A DNA stretch of 64,000 bases, taken from the NCBI GenBank assembly GCA_964234715.1, contig OZ174290.1, one strand, 5' to 3'. Of this stretch, positions 50,021 to 61,982 are shown one piece after another. Positions within the stretch are counted from its first letter, which is position 1; each line of letters opens with the position of its first letter. Origin of the DNA: Podarcis melisellensis. Its lineage: Eukaryota. Under the pieces are notes generated by a model, which was given only the letters and a program-made list of their open reading frames with translations, had not been told where the DNA came from and did not search any database. A program made the translations under genes and the position numbers.

Positions 50021-52864
50021 TGCTTCCTTGCAAGCAATGGACCTTCCTGCTTAGCCTTCCTGTGCTCAGAGAACGGTCCATTTTGTCTGGCGGATATATT
50101 TTCAAGAAGCGCCAGCCTTATGTTTGTTATAAGCAGGAGTTGAGGGCAGTAGTCCGCCTCTGTTGTCTGTCCCTAATAGCTGCTATTCAGAGGTAGACTG
50201 CCTCTGAAGGTGTAGGGTCCATCCCAAAATATTATAACTAATAAAAACATAATTGCGAAGGACCATTCAGTCCAGCATCTGATTCCTCTCATTGACTGAA
50301 CAGAAGTCCTAGAAAAAGGTCTGCAAGATAAGAAAATCCCCACTGGATCAGGATCTGTTGAGTCCAGTATCCTGTTCTCACATGGAGAACATGGGCATTG
50401 TGGTCAGCCACATTCTCCATGAATTTGACTAGCCTCTTTTTAATTCATTCTTTGTAAAATACGCAATTGTAATACATATACCAACAGCTAGTTTCTCACA
50501 CACCAAACTGACCAAGAATAGTGCCGTTACATTTTGCATCATATCTCAGGTTCTACAAAACCTAGAGACTATAAACTTTTATAAAAAAAAATGAGTGAAT
50601 ACTTCTCATAAAATAATGTTTGTCATTTACAGATTTTAGGATCACGTTTATTAAGACTAACTTATTTAAACAACAATCTGCTGTCCAATTAATTAAGGCC
50701 ACCTTCTGAGTCAGTTAAGCGTTTTTCCTCCTCACTGCCCCATCACAAAAATACCAACCTGATTAAACATTACAGCCCTATTATTACCAGGCAGGCACCT
50801 TTTTTTCTTAGTTTTTTGACACCTACTTAAAACTTTTTGATTTAGGTAAGCCTACTCATACGTGAAACCTTGTTATGTTCAATTGTTTCTTAAAATCATT
50901 GAATTTATCTATATTTTGTTAACTGTATTATGTCACCAGTTTTTAAGTCTGTTTTTATTGCTATTTTTTAATAAACAATTTGAATCATTTAATGTTAAAC
51001 CACTTAGGATATATATATATTTATTAAGCGGCATATACATTTTAATAAGTAAATTAAAAGGGTATCTAGCACTTTTGAGATATTCAGGTCGCTTTTCAAC
51101 ACACCTTGTTGCAAGTTTCTGGTAGTGACAAAGCCAGGTAAGATGCCAAGTTACAAACCTTCCTGTGTCTTGTCTAGTTTTTGATTGCAAGCCCTGTTTG
51201 ACAGAGAGACCTGTCAAACCTGTTATTTGCAGAGCCTCAGGTAAAAAGATAAAGAAACATAGGGTTTTGTAACACCTTAATGTTACAAAATTAGGTATAT
51301 GACTTCAGACTGATGCTGAAGTCATATACCTAATGACCCTGGGAAGGGAGTCCAACTGAGCTCAATGGGAATGACATATTATTATGGCATAATAGGCTTT
51401 CGTGAAATAGGGTCCACATCATCAGCTGCATGGAGTGTGTTATCCATGCCTAATTAGCCGGTATATAAACACACACACAAAGTAGTAAAAAATGCAAGCA
51501 GTCTGGTCAGAGGGAAATTAAACGCAAGTAGGGCAGACTGTTGTCAACTATACCAAAGCTTAATTATCATAATTTTAACTGGAAGGTAGGGCCCTGTGTC
51601 ACAGGCACATAAAACATATTGCAGCTCCTCACCGTCCATCATTCTAACCACTGTGTATGTAACAAGGCCAAGACAGTCATAAGACTAACAATTTCTGGAG
51701 CCTGTTGTAGTCTAATTAGTGTGTGAGAGTGTCGGGGTGTTATCATGAGTATGTGTACTTTAAATATGGCTAAGTCTAGATCCTACCCCATTGTTTTGAT
51801 TACAATTTTTAAAAATTCAAATTTCTAAATATTTCTGTAATATGCTGTTACCATAGCACAAGTAAGAGGTTAAAGGCAGAGACCCTGCCAAGAAAGCTTC
51901 ATGAATATGAATTCATTATGCCATTAAAATAATTTTTAAAAATCAAAGACACCTTTTAACCTGAATCAAACCATTTTTTGTTAAAAAAAAATAAGTCAAA
52001 GAAAACTTTATTGAATAAAACAATATATACATGGTTTCGAACATCTTGGGGTAACGTTTTCCAAAAAGGCCACTTCTTGCACAATGCATGCATGAATTAT
52101 AACAAATATTGACTAAAGAAGAAAAAGAATAACACGAATTAAAGCATGCTTTAATAATGATACCTCAATCCATCATAACAAATATTAATTACAGAAAAAT
52201 AATATGAATTAAAAGATACTCTTTAACAATGGAGTGTTAATGTTTTGTTTATGAATTCAATAACTTGCACTCCTGAGTCCTGTAAAAACGGATCAAGGCG
52301 GAGTACAACGATTAAAAAAAAAAATCAACGCCAGACAAAAGCTTTCTTCTATGACAAGGGTCCTCGGTTATCCTTTATCTGTAGGGCTTTTGAGAAGTGT
52401 GCGGGGTGTTTGGAACGCATATCTTCCTCCCCTAAGTTTTAATATGGGGTTATTTTTGCTTCGCTTTCCGCTGCCTTTGGAGTAAGGTAAAGCGACTAAC
52501 AAATCCAACGATCAAATAAATATTAATTTAAAAATACTAACCGCCAACCCATTCCATCTTCTGCCTAGATTACAAGGAGGTCCTTAAAACACAACATGAA
52601 AAGATTTGAGTTTGTCAGCGCGTGGGAGGAAGGAGCAACAGGGAGAACTGGCAAATCTGTCCTTTGCGCGCGCCTCCCTCGTTTTCCCTTTTCGGCGGGG
52701 GAGGCGGAGGCTAGTGCACGCGAGGCGCGCCCCCCGCTCCTCCCTTGGAACGTCGAACCTCCCCGGCGTTCTATCGGAAGCGGCGATTGTTCCGCCTTTT
52801 GCTACATCGCGCTCCGAGCCGCCCGCGCGGAGGGTTAGAGACGGGGAGAGGGAGAACCAGAACA

Positions 52865-52884
52865 GGGCATGCCTGGACAGCGCC
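52865..52884 (+). promoter_or_regulatory. p53 response element
   Basis: GGGCATGCCT is a perfect RRRCWWGYYY half-site, followed directly by GGACA(gcgcc), giving a perfect 3/4 site; PPM1D is an established p53 target with a 5' UTR element. Confidence 0.7.
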
Positions 52885-53193
52885 TGCCAGCGCCTCCGCC
52901 GCCGCCGCCGCGGCTCCTCCTCTTCCTCCGACGGTCATAAACAATAAAGTCACCGCCGGCCGGGAGAGAGAGAGAGAGAAAGAGAGAGATTGATTGATTT
53001 GGGGGGGGGGGGAGAGGAGGGGGCATCAAAAGAAAGAAGCCGAGCGCGGATCATCTCTAGGCTTTTCAGGGGAGCAGGGAAGGAGAAGAAGAAGAAGGGA
53101 TAAAGCAGAGGAAGGAGGTGGGGGGGGCGGCCGCGGCGGCCGCAGCCTGGTTCCCGTCGGGCGGAGGCAGAGGGGGCGGCCCGATCTCCTCGC

Positions 53194-53551
53194 ATGGAGG
53201 GTCCCTGCTCTCTGGGGGTGAGCCTCTTCTCGGACCAAGGCGGCAGGAAATACATGGAGGACGTCACCCGCATCTTGGTTGAGCCGGAGCCAGAGGCGGC
53301 GTCGGGGATGGGCGCAGCGGGCGGCGGCGGCAGAGCATTAGGCGGGGATGATGGCGGCGGCGACCGCTCGGTGGCCTTCTTCGCCGTCTGCGATGGGCAC
53401 GGCGGGCGCGAGGCGGCCCATTTCGCCCGGGAGAACCTCTGGCCTTTCATCAAGAAGCAGAAGGGCTTCCGATCCCACAAGCCGGCCGCCGTCTGCGCCG
53501 CCCTCCGCAAGGGCTTCCTCGCCTGCCACCGGGCCATGTGGAAGAAGCTGC
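53194..53551 (+). CDS. PPM1D: PPM1D (Wip1, PP2C-delta) coding exon 1
   Basis: [33 protein letters not shown]...[34 protein letters not shown]...HRAMWKKL; PP2C RxxMED and DGHGG motifs; donor C|gtgagt; 358 nt. Confidence 0.96.
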
Positions 53552-55598
53552 GTGAGTTACTGCTGCCCTTCGCTGCTTGTAAACCCCACACCGCCTTGTT
53601 TGTTTGTTTATTTACCTCCCCCTTCCCCACGTTTGTTTGTTTACCTTTACCCCCCATCGCAGCTTCCCCCAATATAGTCAGCGGGGCTTGCTTTGCAGCC
53701 AAGTAAATGGGTGCACGATGACAGCTGGACTTTGCGCCGGAGTTTACTCGGGAGTAACGGCGCAATCCTAACGATACTTGTTCAGAAGTAAGGCCTACTG
53801 AATTCAGTGGGGCTTGCCCCCTCTCCTCCCGTAAGTGAGGTTCGGATTGCCTACTTTACAACGCAGTCCTAACCCTGCCATGCTTGAGTTCAGTGGGGCT
53901 TACTCCCGGGTAAGTAGGGTTCGGATTGCAACTGAAGCTCCGGATAGATGCAGGTTTACTCAGGAGGAAGGCGTTTGTCTTCTATGAATTGGGCTTCCTC
54001 GCAGGTAAATGAGCAAAAGCCTCGCACCCCTATGGGCAGCGTCTCAGAATTAACTCCTCTGGAGTTGTCTAAGGATGTATCCAACTAAATTCTAATGCCC
54101 ATTGAAAGACATAGACCTGATTTAGTCGTGCCCCTTTGATTTCAGTGGCTAGACTCTAAATAGAACATAACACTAGATGCAACCGGCTGTCATCTTCCTG
54201 GTGGAATCCAGTGGGATTTCCAGAATGACAGCACGTTTTCTTGCAAGCCTGTGCAGGTCTCCTTGGAAGTAAGTCCTACAAGATTCAGGAAGATCCTGGA
54301 TGTTGTGCCACACAGTGTTATAGTGCCAGCTTCAGAGTCCTCCCCTGTTCACGCCTACTTCAGAGGTAGCTCTCACTGAGTTACTCATTCTGTTATTTAA
54401 TTGTTTTGCTTTCAATGAAGCTTACTTCCTCGTAAATGGATTTACAATGGCAGAGGGGCTCCCTCCATTGTGTGTGTGTGTGTTTTGGGGAGCATCTTCC
54501 ATGACACCTCCTTTCCTGGAATTAAAGTAGCTCCAGGTTTTTACTTCCTTTCTGTAGCGTTCACATAAGGGAAGACAGATCCTGATTAAATCTGACTCAG
54601 GATAAATTGGATAGTATCATTTTGGGCTGCTGTTACAAGCGATGCATTTGGATTATTTTTTTTTTAATGCATCATGCATTGGATAGGATTGTGGGGGGGG
54701 GTTAGTTAAAAAAATAGTATTATTGATAATAGATTGTTGTCTGAATTTCTGACCTGCCAATAAAAAAAAGTTGTGATATAAATATTCCGACATGTAGCCG
54801 GATCCTGTGTGTGTTGCCTAGGAAATGTGTCCTACTGCATTGAGTGGGACTACAGGAATTCAGGTGCTGCCTTAAGCTGAGTTAGACCATTGGGGTCCAC
54901 CAGTGTTCGAAATTAGCCAGGCACCAGGCACATTTTACTGATGGCACGAGTCCAGTTGTGACTACATGGAGATCTCTGGATGCCAGGTTGGCAATTGACA
55001 TCTCCCTCTGGCTGGCTTCTCCAGCTTTCTTAAGCAAGTAAGCAGAAGAGCTTATTCACTGCATTTATATCCCACCTTTCCCCTCAGAGAGTGGGTCACC
55101 CACCCCCTCCTTAGTTAATCCCTACAACAACCTTGTGAGGTAGGTTAGGAGGCTGTGATTGACTCCCAGGGTCACCCAGTGAGTGAGCTTAATGACTTGA
55201 GTGGGGATTTGAACCCTGATTTCCCAGGTCCTAGTCCAACACTTTAACACTGGCTTCCCAGAGCCCCTTGCTGTGGAGCAGCTATATAAATTTAAGTAGG
55301 TAAATAAACATGGGGAAAGCAAAATGTCAATTAAAGAAGGATCTGAAATATTTTCCTTGAAGCTTGGCTTTGTTTTATTCCGGATTGTTTTATTTGATAT
55401 TTTAATGTGTTGTAAACCACTTTAAGATTTTTTTTGTTTAAACTATAATGCAGTATAGAAATGAAACTAATAGTAATAAATCTCACTGCCCCCCCATGGT
55501 GCCTAGATATTTAATTGTGTTGACTGTAGCCCAGGTTTAAGGAACCATTTGGCAATTAGCTTATTTACCTGTTTCTAACACTGGCACCTAGCTCACTA

Positions 55599-55824
55599 CA
55601 GTGGTACCTTGGGTTAAGTACTTAATTCATTTTGGAGGTCCGTTCTTAACCTGAAACTTTTCTTAATCTGAAGCACCACTTTAGCTAATGGGGCCTCCTG
55701 CTGCTACTGCACCGCCAGAGCCTGATTTCTGTTCTCATCCTGAAGCAAAGTTCTTAACCCGAGGTACTATTTCTGGGTTAGCAGAGTCTGTAACCTGAAG
55801 TGTACGTAACCCGAGGTACCACTG
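55599..55824. mobile_element. Tigger-like MITE (family C)
   Basis: TA-flanked; matches 23453-23678. Confidence 0.88.
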
Positions 55825-56491
55825 TATTGTTGGCATCACACCAGGATTTCAGACAGGAATATTTACCAGCCCTACTACCTGGAGATGCTGGGGATCCAAC
55901 CTGAGACCTTTGCATGCAGAGCAAATGTTCAACCACTGAGTTATAGCCCCTTTCTCAAAGGGAGCCTAACCCCAATGGGGCTTATTCCGAAATTAATCAC
56001 CTGCAGAATTGTGGCCCAGTTTTATGAACACTCATGTAGGGAGGAGGATGCCCAGATGGGGAGTAGATGTTGGCTTGGGCCTTAGTTCTGTTCCTGCTTG
56101 CTTGGTGCCAAATCCTGTTGATCTCTGTTGATCACATGAATGGAACTGGACTCCAGAGCTGGGACTTTGTGTATAGAGGAAGCGTTGACTGGGTCTCGCT
56201 TACAAAGTAATTGCACACATCTGTGAATAGACAGAATCTCATCTTCATGTGGAACTGTTGACCCGTGGTTTCACATAACTTTCAGCCAGGGGTGGGCAAC
56301 CTGTGGCTGTCCAGATGTTTTTGGACTCCAGCTCCCATTATCTTTGAATGTGTTGGCTGCGGCTGATGGCATTAAGCCCATCAACATCCAGAGAGCTGTA
56401 TGATTGCTAAGAAAGCCAATGTTTCCTCCTGCCTGACATGGTCAATGAATGCAGAGGCACTGGGGCAGTTGACAAGAGTCTATTCGGGTTA

Positions 56492-56657
56492 CCGTATTTT
56501 TCCGTGTATAAGACGCCCCCATGTATAAGACGCCCCCTATTTTTTGAGCCCCAAATTAAGAAATAATTAATTGCAACATTCCATGTATAAGACAACCCCC
56601 AATTTTAAACTTTCATTTTTTGGGGGAAAATACAGTCTTATACACGGAAAAATACAG
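56492..56657. mobile_element. Mariner/Tc2-type MITE
   Basis: TA|ccgtatttttccgtgtataagac ... gtcttatacacggaaaaatacag|TA. Confidence 0.82.
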
Positions 56658-58446
56658 TAACTCTTCAGTTAATTTCCATTATTTTTGATTACTTGTGCTC
56701 CATTCACAAGTCCATAGCTCCATTCATCTTCAATCACACCCTAGAGGTGCTCTTCTAAGGCACTCACAAGTTTGTTGTAGTTGGCTAGAGTAGGACCCAT
56801 GAGTCCTGGGTTCAAATCCCCACTCAGCCACCAAGTTTTCACTGGGTGACTTTGGGCCAGTTGGCATCTCTCAGTCTAACCTACCTGGGGGAGTGGGGGA
56901 ATCACATATGCTGTCTTGAGCTCTTTGGAAGAAAGGTGAGATATAAAAATAAAATAAAATCCTGCTTATTTCAGTGGGACTTACTCCTGGTTAAATGTGT
57001 GTAGCATTGTCAGCTTGTACACCCACCACAATTAACCCCCCCCCCTTTTGCAGGCTTAATTCTTCTTTACAACTGTTTCACTGCTCATTCTGCCTTCACT
57101 TCTTTTCCCCCTTTAAAAAATGTACATTATTTGAAATTCATGGTCATTTATCCCCTTCCTTGATCCTGTGTTAGTAGCGTGAAAGCTGGGTAATGTTCCT
57201 GAACTTGGATATGTGTGGAAATGAAGAAAAAATTAAGTACAAAACTCAGAATATCCTAATAGCCCCGTTTTGTCAGTGTATATCATGAAAGGAAACATTT
57301 GTGCATTTTAAGCGCTTTGCAGAACTCTGGGCTCCTATCCATTAATAAGATTGTACCCTTTTCTCCTTACTTGGGCTGCAATCCTTCCATGTGCCTACCT
57401 AGAAGTAAACCATGTTGAATTCATTGGGGCTTCAGGTAAAGTGGGGTTAGCATTTCAGCCTTTGTCTCTCCCTTCCTCTATCCCAAACCCCCTGTAAGCT
57501 CTTTGTTAAAACAGGGTATGGCCAAAATTGGTTACAGCTTGTTGTAGCCAGGAAACAGGCCTGGACTGAATTAGTGACAACAAGGGGAATGTCCGAAATA
57601 TATATTGCAAATGCCCGGTTCTCATAAAGAATGGAGCGTGGCTGTCAAATTTCAGATTTCCTTCCTTAATTGTTTTGCAGAGCAGAACCGGAGTATGTTT
57701 GTGTGTGCCATTTTAGGGTCTGTTTCTCTCACCCATTTTCCTGGTTTTTCAGGCTACATAAGATAGCATCAGGGACATATCAGGTTGCTTTCTGTAGCCC
57801 CCTCCATGTTATTCTCCCCTCCCCTTCACCTGGCTGCAAGTTTTTCCAGAGGCAGCCTCTCCAGGTGCCATTTTAAATTCCCCACAATGCCATGGGGCGC
57901 ACTCAGTGTAGTGTCGCACCAGGGAACCCTGGGAAAGAAAAATGGCAGCCTTCAGCGGCCAATGGCATAGCAAGGTCTTGGGGCACTGCGATCAGGTCAC
58001 AGAAGAAAGATGGGGTATAAATGAACTGGGTGGGAGGGAACACTGCATGTTGGGAAGTCTGCAGTCATGCTTAGGTTTGCAAGGTGTAGCTGATGAATCA
58101 ATCAAAATGTTCTCAACTGACTAAAAAGTTGCTCCTGATTAATAGGGCAGGAAGCTTTTATTTTTAAAAAAAATAAAACATTTTTAATGCAGGTCACATT
58201 AGGAAACAGGCATAGCCTCTTGTGTGTGATAGGGTTCGGTCCTCAACATCTTGGGATACAGTTGGAAAAGACTTCCTGTCTAAAATCTTGGAGAGCTGCT
58301 GCCAGTCCGTGTAGACAATAGTGGGCCAATGGTCTGAAAAGTACTATAAGGCATCCATTTGGCCATTGTGATGCTGGGCCTTTGGTCAGATCTACCAGGG
58401 CTCCTCTTAGGTTCTTATGACCCTAAATTAACTGCACTGTACAGTA

Positions 58447-58672
58447 CAGTGGTACCTCTGGTTAAGTACTTAATTTGTTCTGGAGATCCGTTCTTAACCT
58501 GAAACTGTTCTTAACCTGAAGCACCACTTTAGCTAAGGGGGCCTCCTGCTGCCACTGCGTCACCAGAGCACGATTTCTGTTCTCATCCTGAAGCAAAGTT
58601 CCTAACCTGAAGCACTATTTCTGGGTTAGCGGAGTCTGTAACCTGAAGCGTATGTAACCTGAGGTGCCACTG
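58447..58672. mobile_element. Tigger-like MITE (family C)
   Basis: TA-flanked; matches 23453-23678. Confidence 0.88.
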
Positions 58673-59005
58673 TACAGTGCCTGTCATTCTTGCCCAAACC
58701 CTGATTTTTTTTATTTGCAGGCATTCTATTTATCGTCATTTCCCTAACTGTTCATTTATACATTGCATTTGAGCTTTCACATGATGCCAAAAGCCACCTC
58801 CGAATCTATAATGCAAGCTTCGTACCCATTTCCATATTACTTACAAATGGATTTTTCTTTTCCTGGAAGGAAATAACACTGAAATTAGCCCTGAACTTGC
58901 ACTATATTCCACTAAAAGTTCAAGAAGTAGCTTTTATGTTGTTTGAAAGCTCAAATATAATGCAGAACTGAATAAGGGAAACGGAATAAGCTTCCGTGTG
59001 GAATA

Positions 59006-59262
59006 AGCCAGTGTGGTGTAGTGGTTAAGAGCAGTAGTCTCGTAATCTGGGGAACCGGGTTCGTGTCTCCGCTCCTCCACATGCAGCTGCTGGGTGACCT
59101 TGGGCCAGTCACACTTCTCTGAAGTCTCTCAGCCCCACTCACCTCACAGAGTGTTTGTTGTGGGGGAGGAAGGGAAAGGAGAATGTTAGCCGCTTTGAGA
59201 CTCCTTAAAGGGAGTGAAAGGCGGGATATCAAATCCAAACTCCTCCTCTTCTTCTTCTTCTT
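59006..59262 (+). mobile_element. Squam2-like tRNA/CORE SINE
   Basis: gtggtgtagtggttaagag A-box; gggttcgtgtctcc B-box; gctgggtgaccttgggccagtcac CORE-like block; (ctt)n tail. Older relatives at ~29140, 31600, 49120, 55060, 56770. Confidence 0.78.
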
Positions 59263-59471
59263 CCATGTGAATGCAGCCTTAGAGTTGGATCTGGAAGAGC
59301 TGGACTCAAATCTCCACTTTAACCGTGAACTCACGGGGTGGACTTGGGTGCAGTCAAGTTCTCCTTAAATGGACATCTGCCTTGCATGGTTATTGAGGAT
59401 CTTGCCTTCAACTTTGTTATCCAGAAGGAAAAGTGGGATGCAGATAATAGCTAAATAAATCAAATGTTTGC

Positions 59472-59522
<51 letters not shown>
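59472..59522. repeat. (AAT)n microsatellite
   Basis: Read directly. Confidence 0.95.
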
Positions 59523-59965
59523 CAGGGTTTAGGCAGGACTGACAGGGGCTGTACATTGCTGTTAATTCTGGATCATAAGAACCTAAGAAAAGAGCCCTTG
59601 GTGGATCGGACTGAAAGCCCACCAAGCCCAGCATGTCAGCGGCCACCCAGTTGCCTGTGCGAAGTCCGCAAGCGTGTCAGGAACGCAACAGCGAATCTGC
59701 CCACTTGTGATTCCCAGCAGCTGGGCGTTCAGAGAAGAAGAACGAGCTGCAAGAAGGATCAGTGTCAAGACCCAGGGTTGCTCCTAGCAGCTGGGTTTTC
59801 GAGCCCCAGCTGGCAATTGGCATGTGCTGCAGCCAGTTGATGCACTCTTGGCTCTGTTCCCTGGCCAATGGCTCAGGGGTGTAGGGGAGGGACCTGCCTT
59901 TGTTCCTCTGAGTGCATTTGGTTGGCAAGGGGGAGGGAGAGAGAGAGAAGGGGCTGCAAAAATCT

Positions 59966-59968
<3 letters not shown>

Positions 59969-60021
<53 letters not shown>

Positions 60022-60022
60022 T
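59969..60022. repeat. (CT)n(GT)n compound microsatellite
   Basis: Read directly. Confidence 0.95.
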
Positions 60023-60799
60023 AGGGGAGAGGAGAGGTGTCTAGAAAAGTCTTGATTGGATCTCTGAGTTTAAGCATGCCTTCTGTGTATGTGTGGGCTC
60101 AAACAAAAAATGGATTTGACCATGAGCTGACTGTGGTTGTACACAGTTTGTTGTGCTGCTGTTTCTTTAATCTTCGTGGTGCAGTGATATTTGTGGTGTA
60201 TATGTTGTGTCCTCCTCCACCCCACCCCCAAAGGCATCCTCAGTGTCTCAGAAGAGTTGGGAAATGTAGGAAGTGGCCTTATATCAAGTCAGAACGTTGG
60301 TCCATAAAGCTCAATATTGTCCACACTGACTGGCAGCAGCTCTCTAGGGTTTCAGGCGGCGGGGGGGGGGGGGGTCTCACCTGACCCTTGAGCCTTCCTC
60401 ACGTGTAACAGATGCTGTACCATTCAAAAGCGACCCCTTCCTGAGAGCTGTGAGGAGACCCCCCCCCCCGTTCCCCTCCTGGAGCCACAGTGTGGTTTAA
60501 CAAGTCTTATTCTTGGAATTGAAGCTCTGTGAGAGGGACAGGCGTCTCCTAGCAACTCTCAGCACCCCTAACAAATGGCCTTTCCCAGAATTATTTAGGG
60601 GTGTCAGAAGCCATCGCTTTTTAGAGTCACATGCTAGTTCTTTAAGTTGATGGTGCACATGTGGCCTTTGAGTTTGGGAACTGGCCCACTGGATACAGGG
60701 AATAGTCACTTCCATGTTTTCCCTTGCTTTTGACTCTGGAAATAAGGGAATGTGGGCCTTATGCTGAGAAAATTTCCCCAATTATTATTATTATTATTA

Positions 60800-61365
60800 G
60801 TAGTAGTAGTAGTAGTAGTAGTATAGTGCCCTTCATCCAAAAGCCTCAGAGCAGTTCACAGCATTAAAATATAAGATAAAACAAAATACATAATAAAAAC
60901 CAGAACAGAATATACCAATCTCCCCCCTCAAAAAAACACATTTAAAAGGATATATGTTAATTGGCCCAAGGCCTGATTGAAAAGGACCATTTCTGCCTGG
61001 CGCCTAAACATATACAGTATAATGAAGGCGGTCCTCAAAGTATTGCAGCTGTGAGCCATTTAAGGCTTTATAGATCAAAACCAGCATTTTGAATCGGGCC
61101 AGGAAGCTAATGGGATGCCAATGCAGTTGGACCAGGACCGGCTCAAACCGTCTTGTCTCGGTGAGCAACCTGGCCACCAAATTCTGCATTGGCTGATGTT
61201 TCTGGACCGTCTTCAGAGGCAACCCCATGTATAAACACGTTGAGGTAATCTAACTGAGAGGTTACCAGAGCCTAGGCGACTATCCCTGTCCAGATTGGGG
61301 CGCAGCTGGGCCACCAGCCGAAGCTGATGGAAGGCACGCTGCGCCACCGAGGCCACCTGACCCCT
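60800..61365 (-). mobile_element. L2-clade LINE fragment
   Basis: Frame 61004-61228 GLPLKTVQK..MQNLVARLLT...PVLVQLHWHPISFLARFKMLVLIYKALNG matches the L2 RT C-terminal pattern. Confidence 0.8.
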
Positions 61366-61480
61366 TCAGGGAATGAGTATCTGTGGGCCTGGTTTATGCC
61401 CGTGCTTTTTGTTCAGGATGTTGTGCCTAAGTTAAAATCCATTTTCTCATCTCTCTCTCTCTCCCTGCCCCGCTTTGCAG

Positions 61481-61709
61481 CAGAGTGGCCGAAGACCATG
61501 ACAGGCCTGCCAAGCACGTCTGGGACGACCGCCAGTGTGGTCATCATCCGGGGCTCAAAGATGTACGTGGCTCACGTCGGCGACTCGGGTGTGGTGCTCG
61601 GAGTCCAAGACGACCCCAAGGACGACTTCATCCGGGCTGTGGAGGTCACGCAGGATCACAAGCCTGAGCTTCCGAAGGAGAGGCAGCGGATCGAAGGCCT
61701 CGGGGGCAG
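61481..61709 (+). CDS. PPM1D: PPM1D exon 2 (gene continues beyond the window)
   Basis: (P)[75 protein letters not shown]; tttgcag| and AG|gtagcc; 229 nt; phase matches exon 1. Confidence 0.96.
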
Positions 61710-61982
61710 GTAGCCATCTTGTCTTATCTTCTTGTGCTGTGTGGTGAAAACGTTGGTTCTGCTGGACAGGTTGGATCAGGGGTCAGCAAGCTTTTTCAGC
61801 AGGGGACCGGTCCACTGTCTTGTGGGGGGCCAGACTATTTTTTTTGGGGGGGGGGAAATGAACGAATTCCTATGCCCCACAAATAACCCAGAGATGCATT
61901 TTAAATAAAAGGACACATTCTACTCATGTAAAGCATGATTCCCGGACCATCCACAGGCTGGATTTAGAAGGCGATTGGGCCT

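Larger units (their letters stand above)
52600..53600 (+). promoter_or_regulatory. PPM1D promoter / 5' UTR / exon 1 CpG island
   Basis: CpG-rich; GC boxes; E2F-like TTTGCGCGC and TTTCGGCGGG at ~52663-52700; ends in the PPM1D coding exon. Confidence 0.85.

Noticed and set aside
50820-51250. Run of strong plus-strand donors (tag|gtaagc, cag|gtaaga, cag|gtaaaa) suggesting a snoRNA-host gene
   Set aside because: The first lies in an L2-like 3' end, one implied intron is only ~40 nt, and no C/D or H/ACA snoRNA could be identified
52950-53765. 271-aa minus-strand ORF
   Set aside because: Antisense shadow of the GC-rich PPM1D exon 1
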